A stretch of DNA of 64,000 nt, taken from Diadema antillarum (Eukaryota). Positions 26,994-39,599 of this stretch are shown in pieces. The notes under the pieces are model-generated. The model was not told the DNA's origin and did no database searches. It worked only from the letters and a program-made list of their open reading frames with translations. The stretch's first letter is position 1; each line of letters opens with the position of its first letter. The translations under genes and the position numbers were made by a program. The DNA lies in assembly GCF_040938485.1 (NCBI RefSeq), contig NW_027272550.1, positions 62,001 to 126,000 on the forward strand, written 5' to 3'.

Positions 26994-28055
26994 GTAAGTT
27001 TACAATGTTAGCAACAGCAGGGTAATCGATGCCGAGAAATCCATTATTTGTCCTTTGTCAAGAGATAGAGAAAGGTCCAGGTACACAAAATAAACGACAG
27101 TAGTTGTCTTATAGACTCTCATCATCACGATCATTACGTGGTTGATGTTCCACGATGTCATCAATTTGATTCCTCTCTCTTCTTTACCATACATTAACAA
27201 GACAATTGCGATGGAAAATTCCATTACGATGATTGAGTGGTTCCAACTGGACACCATACTATTAAAAACTACCGTTAGTTTTTGCCGTATATGAACATAG
27301 ATTTTATACCTCTTCTGTTTTAAATTTTCACTCTCACGATTTCCTCCCTTATCCATCAATTCTAATGCAAATTCATTTCAGACTGGCAAGTTTTCTAATC
27401 CTCCCACTTGTATTTTCATCATGACAGACCAAAATGATCCGTAAGAGAGGAAGTTTACGTCGATGACAAACAAAAACAAAACAAAAGACAACAAGAGATG
27501 AAAACACTCCCACATGGCTTATGCTAATGAATATGCATGTCTCCGTTGATGCATTTCTCTAACGGGAAGCGGGAAAGGACAACCGAGGGTAGATAGCCGG
27601 TGAGGGCGTGCAGTGATGCATGCCTCATAGCGATAATCCGCTTAACGTCAAACCAAAGTAAGCCACTAAAGCAGGGAGACACACCCTGTATGAATACAAG
27701 CGGGTAGTGAGTTGCTATCTAAGGTAGATCGTGCGTCTATCTATAGCTACTGTTACACTATGATTAAATCTCCGTCTTTCCTGTCAATATAGACTCTCTT
27801 GAAGGTTTATTCGTTGTTAGGGGTGTGTGTGTGTGTGTGTGTTGTGTGCTTTAGGGGGTCCTACATGTGCATGTTAGTGGAAGAAGGGTTTCAGTAGGGC
27901 CTATATTCTATGTGTGTTTCAATCAATTATATTTTCCATCACGTAACGTTGATAGACTGGTATAGTAACTACATTACATTAAAGCTCTGTCCAAAAACAA
28001 CATTTTCATCGTTTCTTTAGGTTTTTACATAGATTGCCTTTAAATTGCACTTCGG

Positions 28056-28058
<3 letters not shown>

Positions 28059-28102
<44 letters not shown>
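28059..28102. repeat. (TA)n microsatellite
   Basis: Direct reading. Confidence 0.95.
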
Positions 28103-28105
<3 letters not shown>

Positions 28106-31100
28106 TATAATTGTACAAATCATAAACACATAAAGAACAAACACACTAGAATGTAAGTAATAATATACATTGGGATTTCATCCTTATCTGTATTCATTAA
28201 AGCATGCAATTCTCAGCAATCATCTTGAAAACATTCGCGGTGTGTTTTATTTGCCAAAGCGCGGCGCCCTCGGCCTCTGCGCTTCGAAAATGATAGAGGA
28301 GACTGGTGACAAGCGTTGGATCATAAAATTTGACGTGCTCAATTGAGCGCGACGAATTGCCTATTGATACGCACCAGTCTACTTGTAAATTAAATGTCGC
28401 CCGCAATCGGGAGCCGTGGCTTCTGCATCTTCATCGCTGTGTCACCGCCAGCCAACGAACGCAGATGCGACATGCCGGGTAAACGTTGGGTATGGTGTAA
28501 TGGATTTAATCATTTTTCGCGCTATTTCCCGTCGGCACCGCGGGACAACAGTAACAGCCATGAAAGGTTACGCGTAGGCGATAGAAAATATTTTGCATTA
28601 CACCTTTGTCTTTGCTTCCTGCCGCCTTATCAGCTGGCCTCCGACAGCTTTAATAAAGAGACGAACTTTTCGAAATAATTTTCAGAATATAATTAGTGCT
28701 TGATATTTTGACTATAATGAACTCTGCTATGTAAAAGATTGGTGCATCTTTATCGTGCAAAGAAATGAGACCACGTTTTATCAAAATAATAAGTCATATG
28801 CAACTTGCTCAGGTCTGAAGGCAAAACAATAATTACGATACCACTCTTTCTTGGTCTTCTTTTCCCCTTCTTTTACCGGTAATAAAACTAAATCACCGTG
28901 ATTGAAACGATTGTTTGCATTGCCTGTCAGTATCTCAAGTCATAAAAAGCTACAAACGTAAAATATGGCATGATTCTATTTTGATTAGTGAGTCGTTTAC
29001 ATTAAATTGGTGCTTGGGAAGGGCAGTAGAACTAAGTGTGTGGTTCTCATAATGAACTAATCTAATAAACTGAAGTACTACATTTAATCAGAAGGATCTC
29101 TTATGTATGGCAACTGCAAGACGTCTCCAGATGTAATTTTGCTTATGTGATTGTTCTTGAGTTGTTGTTTGTTTGTTTATTTATTAATTTGTTTTATTAT
29201 TTTGTCTTGTTTTGTTTGTTCGTTTGTTGTTTTTTTTTAGAGGGAGGGGCTGGGAGTAAAGATTTGTGTGAAGAGGCCGGCCATAATGAATTTTAAAAGG
29301 AGTCAGCTACAAGGATCGGAGGAATGTGCATAACCGTGTTAGCAACTTGTCGTCCATTCCTCTGCGGTTCATCACAAACAACACGATGAATTTCAAAATA
29401 GAGAAGATTTCCGAACAATTTCCCCAACCTTGCCAGCCTGTCTTGCGTGCATGTCAGGAAAGTTGGTGGAGGCTTTGATGAAAAAGAAAAATGGTCTGTT
29501 GTAAATGGAGCAAAGGGTTCATGGGTATGATCCAATTATAAAGTTGGAAAGAAATTTTATACATGGGGTGCAGCCATTATATACGCAAACAACCATGCGG
29601 AACAAACAAACAGCACAAAGCAAGAGGTATTGTTTTACTGTGCAGTCCATAACGACAAAGATGTAGGGGTACTTGTTGTACCGCTTTCAAACGACAGGAA
29701 AAAAAAAAGAATATGCATTAGGACGTACGTACAGGTAATGGCGGATAACGCTAAACGCAATAACATCTTTGCCATCGAATCCTCCCCACCCATGTATTTC
29801 CTGTCCCATTTTATTGGTGATTTAGAAGAGGTCCTCCCCTTTTACGCGAAGTGGTCGGACCATTTCTTTATATATGACAAAAGAAAAACAATCAGGGACA
29901 AACGGTTGAATGCCCTTCGTCTATATACAAAGCATCAGCACGCTAAATCATGATATACAGGTCCATTTTGTAAGTGAGCGCCCATGTTAAGTACTCTCGC
30001 GTCCAAGGGATATTGCCTTTCAGCTAGAACGCGACAAGATTCATTTCCGATCCATCTTTGTAAACAATATACACAAAGCTATCTTCACAATGCTACATAA
30101 TAAGAAGGGGATGTGTTGCAGAATATCAACTGGGTATGCTCTTAGGTGGAAAAACAACATCTCAGGAAGTCGGCTAGGGGACAGCGGCGATCTAATTTCA
30201 GCCGACCGGATATCAAGTTTCTCAAAGTTAGCGGTACTTGTCTAAAGATTGTGATGATGTTCAAAGGTGGCGGCCGGGAGGTACGACATGTTTTTCTATC
30301 CATGCCGATGACAACTGAGGCAGGGATAGGTTGACCGGAAGCGACAATAATCGACAGGGGCGTGGGTATCTTCCTGCATCCATGGGACGTACCATCTCAT
30401 CACCCAGCATCGGGAGAGGGATGCTAGGAGGTGCATCATCCTTTCAAAAAAATCATCTTGCTGGCCCAGTTGTGTTTTCTCTCTCTCTCTCTCTCTCTCT
30501 CTCTGAACAGGGACTTGAACACTGCTGAAAAAAAAAATCACGAAGAAGCTTCTTTACAAAGATATCCAACAATGTGCATTTTCAGGTGTGAGTTTCAATT
30601 TGTCTCCCTCTACAAATCAAATTTGTTAAGATCGCAACTGCTGATCTGCAAATTAACAAATCACACTTGGACCTTCACCCCTCTGAATAATATCTGTCTT
30701 TCATTTAATGTGCATTTTGGGTTTTGTTGTTCTTGTCGTTGTCGTTGTTGTTGTTGGGTTTTTTTTTTTTTTTTGAAGTGTCGTTGCAAAAAAAAGATCT
30801 TTGCAAAGATGAAACTACTTAGCAAGCAACGTCACTTTTTTGACACTTAGAATATTGGATTGTCTTTTACTAATATCATGACATTAGTAAAGTGCTCGTA
30901 AAGTAGCTCTCATGATATAATAATCCTCCATCCTTAATTAGCTTATCTGCACGAGTCGTCGTTTACGACAGCGTTGCAAACGATCAAAGGAGAAGGGGGA
31001 AGAACGCGCTCATTGTCGGCTTCATCAGGTAGCAGTTTGAGGGATTGCTCCCCTTTATCAGTTTTACACGAACGCTAATTGCAGGGTGACATGGATTGTA

Positions 31101-31525
31101 TCCAGAAGGGGATTAAGGTTCGTGACAATATCACGGAAGGCTGCGCCCGAGGAAGAGGACAAAAAAGGAGCACACTCTAGGGAGGAGAAACGTGACCGGG
31201 GTTGATGAAGATGTCTTCAAGACACTGGGTTAGATGCACTAGCTTGCATGCTGAACAATGCGCAATACATCCTCCTTGAGGCAGCTAACTAATAATCTAA
31301 AAAGCGGTCCTGGAAGTTTGAGCGAGATGAAAGTGCACTACTAGTATTTATAAGAGTCAACAAAAACTACAACAGTGTCGTAAAGCGAGTGAAGCTTTAA
31401 AACTATTGATCACTTTACAAGTGGGTATTTTGTCTCGGTATGCTTAATTAGGTAATGCCCCTGTCGATCTATAGGTCCGTTTTTGAAGTTGTTCACATGC
31501 ATACACAAGCACATACGCACGAACA

Positions 31526-31529
31526 GACG

Positions 31530-31572
<43 letters not shown>

Positions 31573-31600
31573 TCACACGCACGCGCACACATACACACAA
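31526..31600. repeat. (CA)n microsatellite
   Basis: Direct reading. Confidence 0.93.
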
Positions 31601-32599
31601 GGCAAACATACATGCCATCGTTAAGCAACGCAGACAAAGAAAAACGATGATGAAATGCCACATACGAATTCGAGAGACAAAATTTATAACCTTGCCGTCT
31701 TGAGCTTTTTATCGACTCTCTAAAGGTCTACCAAGTGGTATCTGATATAGTCATGGTGGATTCCTTGAGTGCTCTTGAAGGATGGAATCAATTACAACGC
31801 CATTTGAGCTAACATGGGGCGAGTTCAAGTTCCACTCCAAACGAGACAATCAAACATTCGTGATTTCCGTTGGCGGCGCCATTGTCAGCGAAGCAAACGT
31901 TTCCTCCCAGCGAAAACATACCCCGAAGGCAAGGCCGCTATGTCAATAATGTCATACATTCCTTATGAGAAAGTGATCCCCCAAATAGTACATACTGCTC
32001 CAAGTAATATTACATGCATACACTTTAACCCTGTTTTCCCAATCGGCAACTTCACTACATACGATATCAATGGTGTCTTTAAGTTTTGCAGCTGCGAGGA
32101 TTTCACGGAAAGTAATTTGGGCGACTTTTGCATCAGACAATATTCTCCTTCCCTTTCAAATGATTAAAAATACACTGTACTGTGTTCTTCTCATACAAGA
32201 TAACACCATTACACGTCGATTCGCAGTTTAAAAGCGGTCCGCTGAGAACATACTTCTCGCGACAGAACCAAGTACCTATTAGAGATGATCCTGTGTAAGT
32301 GATATTCAAATACCGTCACTACCATCATGTATCCTTGACAAGAACACTTGATGCAATGCCCACGCTATTTCACAATCTATTTCAACCTATAAAATTCAGA
32401 GTTAGGAGGGAGAGAGAGAAGGATTAGAATTAACGATGACATCTACTTTCCCAATGATGTTAGTACAGAGCAGCTGCTACGTTAATCAAGTCATGTATAC
32501 AGAATAATGTGTTAATTGACGCATATCATGTTTGTGTTTAGACTATTTCAAACTGCCACCATACTAAGGAAGCATTGATTAATAGTTAATGATCAAATG

Positions 32600-32795
32600 A
32601 ACATGGAACAGAGGGCTATTTAAGTCCCATCTGAAGGACTGGACAAAATGGACGCAGTGCCCTGCTTCTTAAGGGCACATCCACTGCTACCAGGCCGCTC
32701 GACCCAGGAACTCGAGTCCGTGGTCTCACCAGGCATGCCAGGGGGTAATACATAGTAGTACCTCCTCGGTCTTATTCACTGGCGTGACCGTGTCA
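32600..32795 (-). mobile_element. Degenerate tRNA-derived SINE fragment
   Basis: Minus strand has CAGTGAATAAGACC (A-box-like), GGACTCGAGTTCCTGG (B-box-like), then GTGCCCTTAAGAAGCAGGGCACT...GTCCTTCAGATGGGACTTAAATAG, resembling the usual post-head body of deuterostome SINEs (from recall). Confidence 0.55.
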
Positions 32796-35572
32796 GAGTG
32801 GCTCCACAATGTGACGCCTGTATGACATCACAATATCTAATTTGCATCTTTTCACCGAACGTCCGGGCAAAGCGTAGTAGTAAAACACATTATCTATCAG
32901 ATCTGATTATGAGATGGGGATAATCTTGTCAATCGAAAACAGAAAACATAAAACATAAAACACACACACACACACACACACATACACACACACACGAACA
33001 CACACACACACACACATCGCAGCCAGCATGATGGTGCTAAAAAGGAAATGAAATCACGGTTCGCATATTGTATTCCTTGTTACGGGACATTTTTGTTTTA
33101 CATTCTGAACTATGAAAAAAAAAAACCACACACACACTATGTCAGACCACGCGTGGTCCGACGACTGCACTGTATTGGTGTTGGACCAATGAAGAGGTTA
33201 TTTACAACTTTATTGCGCTCCCCTGCTATCAGATCAACTGATTATGTCACGTTCATTTAAATGTCTTCGTAAACATACGAATGGACAAGGTCGATTGGTG
33301 TGGATGCGAAGTATCCACTCTATCTTTAATTGAAAGACACGTCAGCACACTGGTTAGAGAGTGATTATGCCACGAGTGGTAATTGGACGAGCAATATAGC
33401 GGTGCAGAATCGGCTTGTTGCGTCGGATTAGTCATCGCGACAGGTGGATTTTTCTCTCTACTGATGGTACCCTGTTTACATCCCTGAATACTGTCTGTAT
33501 GTGAATGATTACAATATTTCCCACAAGGACCAGAGATGACAAACGAATGAAAGGAGGCATCTTCCACCAACTATACCATCCTTCCCCTTGTCGCCAGAAG
33601 CAGTCCCACACCGCAACAGCAAAAGTCACATAAATATGGCGTCACTATGTATTGCCGCTATCTATGTCCTTATTTGTCTCGATACCACAATCTGTTTCTC
33701 TCTCTGTCCCATGAAATATTAACATCATTTCGAACATCTTCATGGCGCTGTCATTCCAGCTGATGCTCAACAACATACCACGTACAAAGTTTCAGAAAAC
33801 CGTCTTTGTCTTGGTAAGCAGTTCTGATTGGTCAACACTGTCCTTGATGTCGGTCAGATTGACGTGGAGCGTTAAGCTAGCAGTGGCCTATCACGAAGTG
33901 AAGTAACGATGCATATCTTCTGCTCGGGTGGCGAACTTGTGGTACTGACATTCCCGCCATCACATCAGATGCCTTCCTCTTGATTTGTTCCCTCGTACAT
34001 CCATCAGTCCTTCCCAAACTCACGTCGTCAGCGTTTACATCCGGCACCTGTTCCATTGTCTGTAGCTGCATCACACGAAGTCAAATCCTTGTCACATACT
34101 TCATTCATTAACACACTAGATTTTATCCCTTTATCGTCGAGTAAAAGACATTAACTAAAATCCCGGCTTTTGTCGCAAAACTTTGCTTTTCGCTCGCACA
34201 GAATGTACGAACGGCAGTGAATGTTACCTGGACATGTAAGGAGTCACGTGGCTTCTAAGTGTAAAAAAAATCGACTGTGAGTTAGTACATGAAAAGTGTT
34301 CCTGAATTAACAAACATTCACTACTACATGGGTTTCTGATGAGACGGATTTTCAAGCGAATCGTCCAACAGCAAATAAATTATTCCATCGCCCTTTCGAA
34401 CAGCTCACTCATTTTCATTTTCTTTCAAGTATTTTCTTCCCTCTATCATGACTCTGGAAATTGATTTGAAATCCATGAAATAAACAAGAATGTTTCCTAG
34501 CATGACTTCTTCTACGACCTTTAACTAAGAATAGGATACCAGCCCTTTGCTGAGAGACGAACAACATCATCGAATTACATCGATATCTGTTCATCTTCTG
34601 AATACGATGGCTCCGTAGATTAAGAGGTCGTCCCTCAAAAGAGAATCTTGTCCTCGACGCGATCCCTCCCGATTCATGTTTGAATGTTCTAGCCAGCTCG
34701 ATCGAACAATTGATAAAGGGGACAAAGAATTCGGCAAGTTAATTCACATTTCCTCATTGACATCGCGCTTCTCTAAAGTGGCATGTAATCCTTTCACTTT
34801 ATCCCGCCTCCATCAGATACAGCGCAATAACGGAGAATGAGGATAATTAACTGAAGTTCTTCCGACGATTCCATTCAATGTCATTCTTGATGTATACACT
34901 CAGAAGGGATGAAATTATTGACAACAGCCCGCATTTTCTCGTTCTTTCTTTTTTTTTCTCAAGTTCGATAACTTAGAAAAATATGCACGACGCTTCCGCT
35001 AAAAAAAAAAACTTCATCAGTGATATTATCATATTCTCAGTAATGATCTCAAAATGTTCTCGCTATAATATTCTCAATCCTTTGGATTGCCAAGATGATA
35101 TTTCCTTGTTCTTATTCATGAAACAACTCTAGCCAATTTAAAATGGATCGAATGACTGAGTACGCTTGTCAATAGAACTCTGACCAAAATGACAGGGAAC
35201 GTACACAAGAGTAATTGTAATTCATGAAAGAGCGGCAATGCTCATTCCACATGTTTGTTCCTATATTGAGATGCAAGTGCCACATTTAGGTCCCAGCTGG
35301 GTTATTTCAAGTTTACGTTAAAGTTAGGGATTGTAATCACCCTGATCAAGAAGAAGCATTGAAAACAATAACATGGACTTCATTTATCGTAAAAAAAAAA
35401 CAAAACAAACAAACAAACAAACAGCGATTTTATCTCCCATAGAGCAGCAGGGAAACGAATGTGACTTTTCGGACATTCATTGAGGTTGGGGAGGTTCAAT
35501 CTGTCCATGGTCTTGCGGACTGACAAATTATGATACAAACGCAAACAGAAAAACTGACCAGAAATGAATACT

Positions 35573-35670
35573 ATTCATTGGTGGAAAATTGAGCAAATAA
35601 AATGGGATTCCATCGGGATTCGAATCCCAATGGAATCCCATTTTCTTCGCTCCATTTTCCACTAATAAAT
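35573..35670. repeat. 98-bp spacerless imperfect palindrome
   Basis: Two 49-bp arms centred on GGGATTC|GAATCCC (35621/35622), with 6 mismatches. Confidence 0.95.
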
Positions 35671-36428
35671 GATGATACTATGATATACTGCACCCTGACA
35701 AGAGATGTGCGTATGAGGGCGTGTTTGCACCTTCCACCTCTTGAGCTTACTTCTTTGTGCACTCATGACTAACATGAACATACCGTTACAATTTATCAGG
35801 TATTGACAAGCGATCTGCCATACCTACTCTAAATGACCCATACATTTCCATCCATACTATATAAAGCATACAGTTTAAGATATTTGCAATGTGTTCATAT
35901 AAATCACGGTAGTAGAGAGATGCACATGCAGTTATACACAGCTGTGTGTCGTTACACATCGTTCGAGGTTGATATACTGCCAATTAGTTTGTCTAGCCAC
36001 GTAAAACTTCCCAATGCTGACATGTTATTTGTTATGATTTTCCCGCCGAATCTCTCGCGGGTAACACAATACCCATGGTGTAGGGATATGAATATGACGT
36101 CTGTCTGACAGACAGTGCACATGTCAGTTTGTGCATATATATTGTGATCAGGATGGTATGATCGTCGTTGCCATAAATTTACGTCTTTTGTCAAGTCGCC
36201 ATATTTGTTTTGATCTTATTATTATTATTTTTTTTACAATTTCCTCTATCCTATTTTTTTTTTCGGGAGAGGGGGATAGGTCATGCGAGGTTTTCTATCG
36301 GGGACTATAGCAAAACAAGATTTCCCAAACTGATAAAGAAAAGACGGAAGACTAACTAAGAATATGTGTGAAACGTAGTCTAGTTTATCAACCGAATCTA
36401 CAAAAGGTTAACGGCATTATATCCTTAA

Positions 36429-36807
36429 AGGCATTATTTACCATTGCAGATGAAACAAATAAACAGCTTAAGTGCATCAAAATAGTTTTTAAATGTAAGA
36501 TAGGGATAGAAACAACCAATGTAGAAATTTATATCAATATGATCAATGCTAAGTATTGTTAAAAATTATGTGAACAATAATTGTGATAAAAATTCAAAAT
36601 GTGAACAATAATTGTGATAACAAATTTTCTAGAATAAACCGTCTACAGTTATGTTTCATTGAGAAAAATCGTGATGTCTCCTTATCTTATCTTTTAGGCT
36701 TTATTGCGAAATTTGTATATGGTAGGATGTTAATTATACACAAATGCATCAAATTTGATAATTAGAACACTTATTGAAATTATTGCTTCCAATTGTAAAC
36801 AATACAT
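36429..36807. mobile_element. TTAA-flanked MITE (Kolobok-like), about 379 bp
   Basis: TTAA|AGGCATTATTTACCATTG ... CAATTGTAAACAATACAT|TTAA; TIR including TTAA matches about 18/22. Internal 22-bp direct repeat ATGTGAACAATAATTGTGATAA occurs twice. Confidence 0.7.
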
Positions 36808-37330
36808 TTAAATCAAATGGGGATAAAAAGAAACAAGCAACTGATATGATTTTTATGACATGTTTAGACAATTACCTTGTCTTGTCTTGTCACATGAGTT
36901 TGCTTCATATGGTCGAACGATTTCCGCCTATACACACTATACCTGTCATTTCATAACAAATTAAATATCTCGAATTTTCTTCGTCCCTAAGTTAATCAGA
37001 AGCTATTTGAAACCATAATCAAATAACGCTTAAGTTGACTAGTGCTCTTAGTAAACACATTTTAAAGCCAAAATAGACCACTATTTTTGGAGAAGATGTG
37101 TCAACATCGTTCAACTGCTATTCCCTTCTTGCTGAATCACATGAGTTAAAACAAAATACTTGTCAACATGCCATTTATGAAATGATTTTTATATCAATTT
37201 CAAATAATTATGATCGCAGATTTCGCGAATTACGGCGAATATTAGAGAGAACTTCGAAGCTTGGCGAAATGTTAGTGAATAGATAATGTTGTGCCAGGTT
37301 TTGACACAATCAGTTAATGGAGAACTTAAC

Positions 37331-37691
37331 ACAGATGAAGGTAGTTACGAGAGTTCAGTAATAATAACCAACAAAATTCTCACTATAAGATGGTATTGAT
37401 ATATTTGCCTGGCCGGAACACCCTGACTGGGAGGATACCATATGAAGAGTTTGTTCGCAAAAACCGATAAGTCCATTTTTTAAAGATTTTGAAGTACAGT
37501 CTCTCTCATAAAGTACAAAACAATATCTTTTGAATGATATACTGGCCAGTCCATAAAAAAAAAGAACATTTTTGAAGTTATGGTCAAAAGAAGCAAAAAT
37601 TTCTTATTATTCTCTTTATTTTTCTTGACTTTTAATCGCAAATACCTCCGTTTGGCAAATATGGACTTATCGTTTTTTTGCAAACAAACTC

Positions 37692-37736
<45 letters not shown>

Positions 37737-38168
37737 CACACATTGCCAGGAGATCCTAACTTCTGATTATACGCAATACAAATGATATTTACACAAGCAC
37801 TTTAAATTTGTTAACAACATGAATAGAAAAATTATGCAAAATATCTTTTACAGTACAAATTAACTAGTTACCAGAGTTCAGTAATAATAAACAACAAAAT
37901 TCTCACTATAAGATGGTATTGATAAATTGCTTAGCCTGAACATCCTGACTTGGAGGATATAAATATATATATATATATATATATTCATATACACATATAT
38001 ATCATTACACTATATATATATATATATAAATTCCAATTATTGCCGGGAATTCTTACCTTCTGATTATAGGAAATACAAATGATATCTACACAATCACTTT
38101 AAATTTGTTAACGACAAGAATAGAAAAATTATGAGAAGTGTCTTTTAAAGTACAAATGAACTAGTTAT
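37331..38168. repeat. Degenerate tandem array, unit about 270-300 bp (A block + B block + (TA)n)
   Basis: The B block GAGTTCAGTAATAATAA...CTCACTATAAGATGGTATTGATA...GGAGGATA occurs at 37351 and 37874; the A block ATTCCA...CTTCTGATTATA...ACTAGTTA occurs at about 37733 and 38030. Confidence 0.88.
37441..37697. mobile_element. TA-flanked MITE, about 255 bp, inserted in the tandem array
   Basis: TATGAAGAGTTTGTTCGCAAAAACCGATAAGTCCAT ... ATGGACTTATCGTTTTTTTGCAAACAAACTCCTCATA; about 36-bp TIRs with 3-4 differences; the right end abuts (TA)n. Confidence 0.85.
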
Positions 38169-38581
38169 ATTACAATAAATAACACATCTGAAAAATTTTT
38201 TGTTAGTGTGGTACTAATTACGGTGAGTGTACGTGATTGTCAGAGCATGCAAATGCACACACGAACACATTCACGAACAAGATGAGGAATAAACGGATTG
38301 TGAGTATCACATTATGCCCGGTCTCCCTACACTCATGCCCTACTATCGAAATATTCAGGGTGCTGTTTATGACTATGATATTATGAGAAAAATGCCTAAA
38401 TACTTGACGCTGTACATGTCGGGGAAGAAAAACGACTAAAACGTCTGGCATTGCTACCAATAGCTGTATCATGCGTGCTTTGATCCAATCGTGGGACAGT
38501 TAGCGGGACAGAGTATCAAGAAATTGATGCACATCATTTTACAATGTATATATGCTGTGCAGTTGTTCTACACAATGACTA

Positions 38582-38988
38582 CACTGCAAAAAGTCCGGTG
38601 TTAAATAGTGAACACCGAGCTGGTGTTAAATTTTCGGTGCTCATTTATGGTGTTAAATTAACACCTACGGGTGTCATTTCCAAATTTTAAACTGTTTTTT
38701 GAAGAGTTTCTTAGTAACTGCACTTCTTGTTGATTTTTAATTTAAACAAGACGATCAAGAATTTTACATTAAAATAATAGATTTTTGAAAAAATGTGAAA
38801 ATAAATTTACACCAAAGTAACACCAGCTGGTGTGGTCCCTTATTGAAGCTGGACGGGTGTTAAACCATTGATATTAACACCAGCAAATATCAAATCAACA
38901 CCATGTGGTGTCATTTTTGAATTAACACCAGTTAGGTGTTAGATTTAACACCCGTGGTGTTAAATCTAACACCGATGTTTTTACAGTG
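38582..38988. mobile_element. TA-flanked MITE, 407 bp, CACTG termini, with subterminal GGTGTTAAA/TTTAACACC motif arrays
   Basis: TA|CACTGCAAAAAGTCCGGTGTTAAAT ... ATCTAACACCGATGTTTTTACAGTG|TA (TIR 20/25); many copies of the 9-bp motif in both orientations. Confidence 0.88.
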
Positions 38989-39564
38989 TATCAGTGGTGG
39001 TTGCTCCATTTTCCCTATGCCACTCCAGTTAGCCTTTAACGGCTTAATTGTAACCCAACGCGTCGCTGCTCCGCTTATGATTATCTGCACTTGGACGTGA
39101 TGTTTTTATTTTGCGCAGTCAAAGCTTCTTTCTGTATTAACGATAATGGTTCTCCAATTATCTGATTGCCATTATGCAAGGGAGTGTGATGGCAGTGATT
39201 TGGGCATGAACCCCCTCCCTCCTGTGTGGAGCAACCGAATTCATCCTTACAGTTTGCAGTTTATCGTGTTTTTCTTTTTAGAATGTATGTCAGATAGAAA
39301 TCTGAAAATGGAAAGAGATATTTTGACGCTTATATTAACTATTCATTCTTGGTTTTTATTCACTCATTAATTACCCTAAGATTTTTCATAGAGTCATGTT
39401 AATACATTTGTATGTGATGTCTTCACTAAAGACAAATTCATTCAACATTTCAATTCAATTATGTGTTTACAATCCCTAAGGGAGAGTCGATACCAGACCT
39501 CAATCTATACAGAGAATATACACACTTTCAATCGAAAGTAGTTTTTATGAAGACTTTCCCCCCG

Positions 39565-39599
<35 letters not shown>

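Noticed and set aside
28230-28470. Hox-cluster intergenic DNA, suggested by CATAAA/TTTAT motifs and gene-poor CpG-rich character
   Set aside because: No homeobox-like translation (WFQNRR) and no miR-10-like sequence were seen by eye anywhere in the window.
33310-33400. LINE reverse-transcriptase-like spacing (LIERHV...LDEQYSG)
   Set aside because: Two stops within 25 codons and no upstream YRPISL or downstream RT motifs; too weak without BLASTX.
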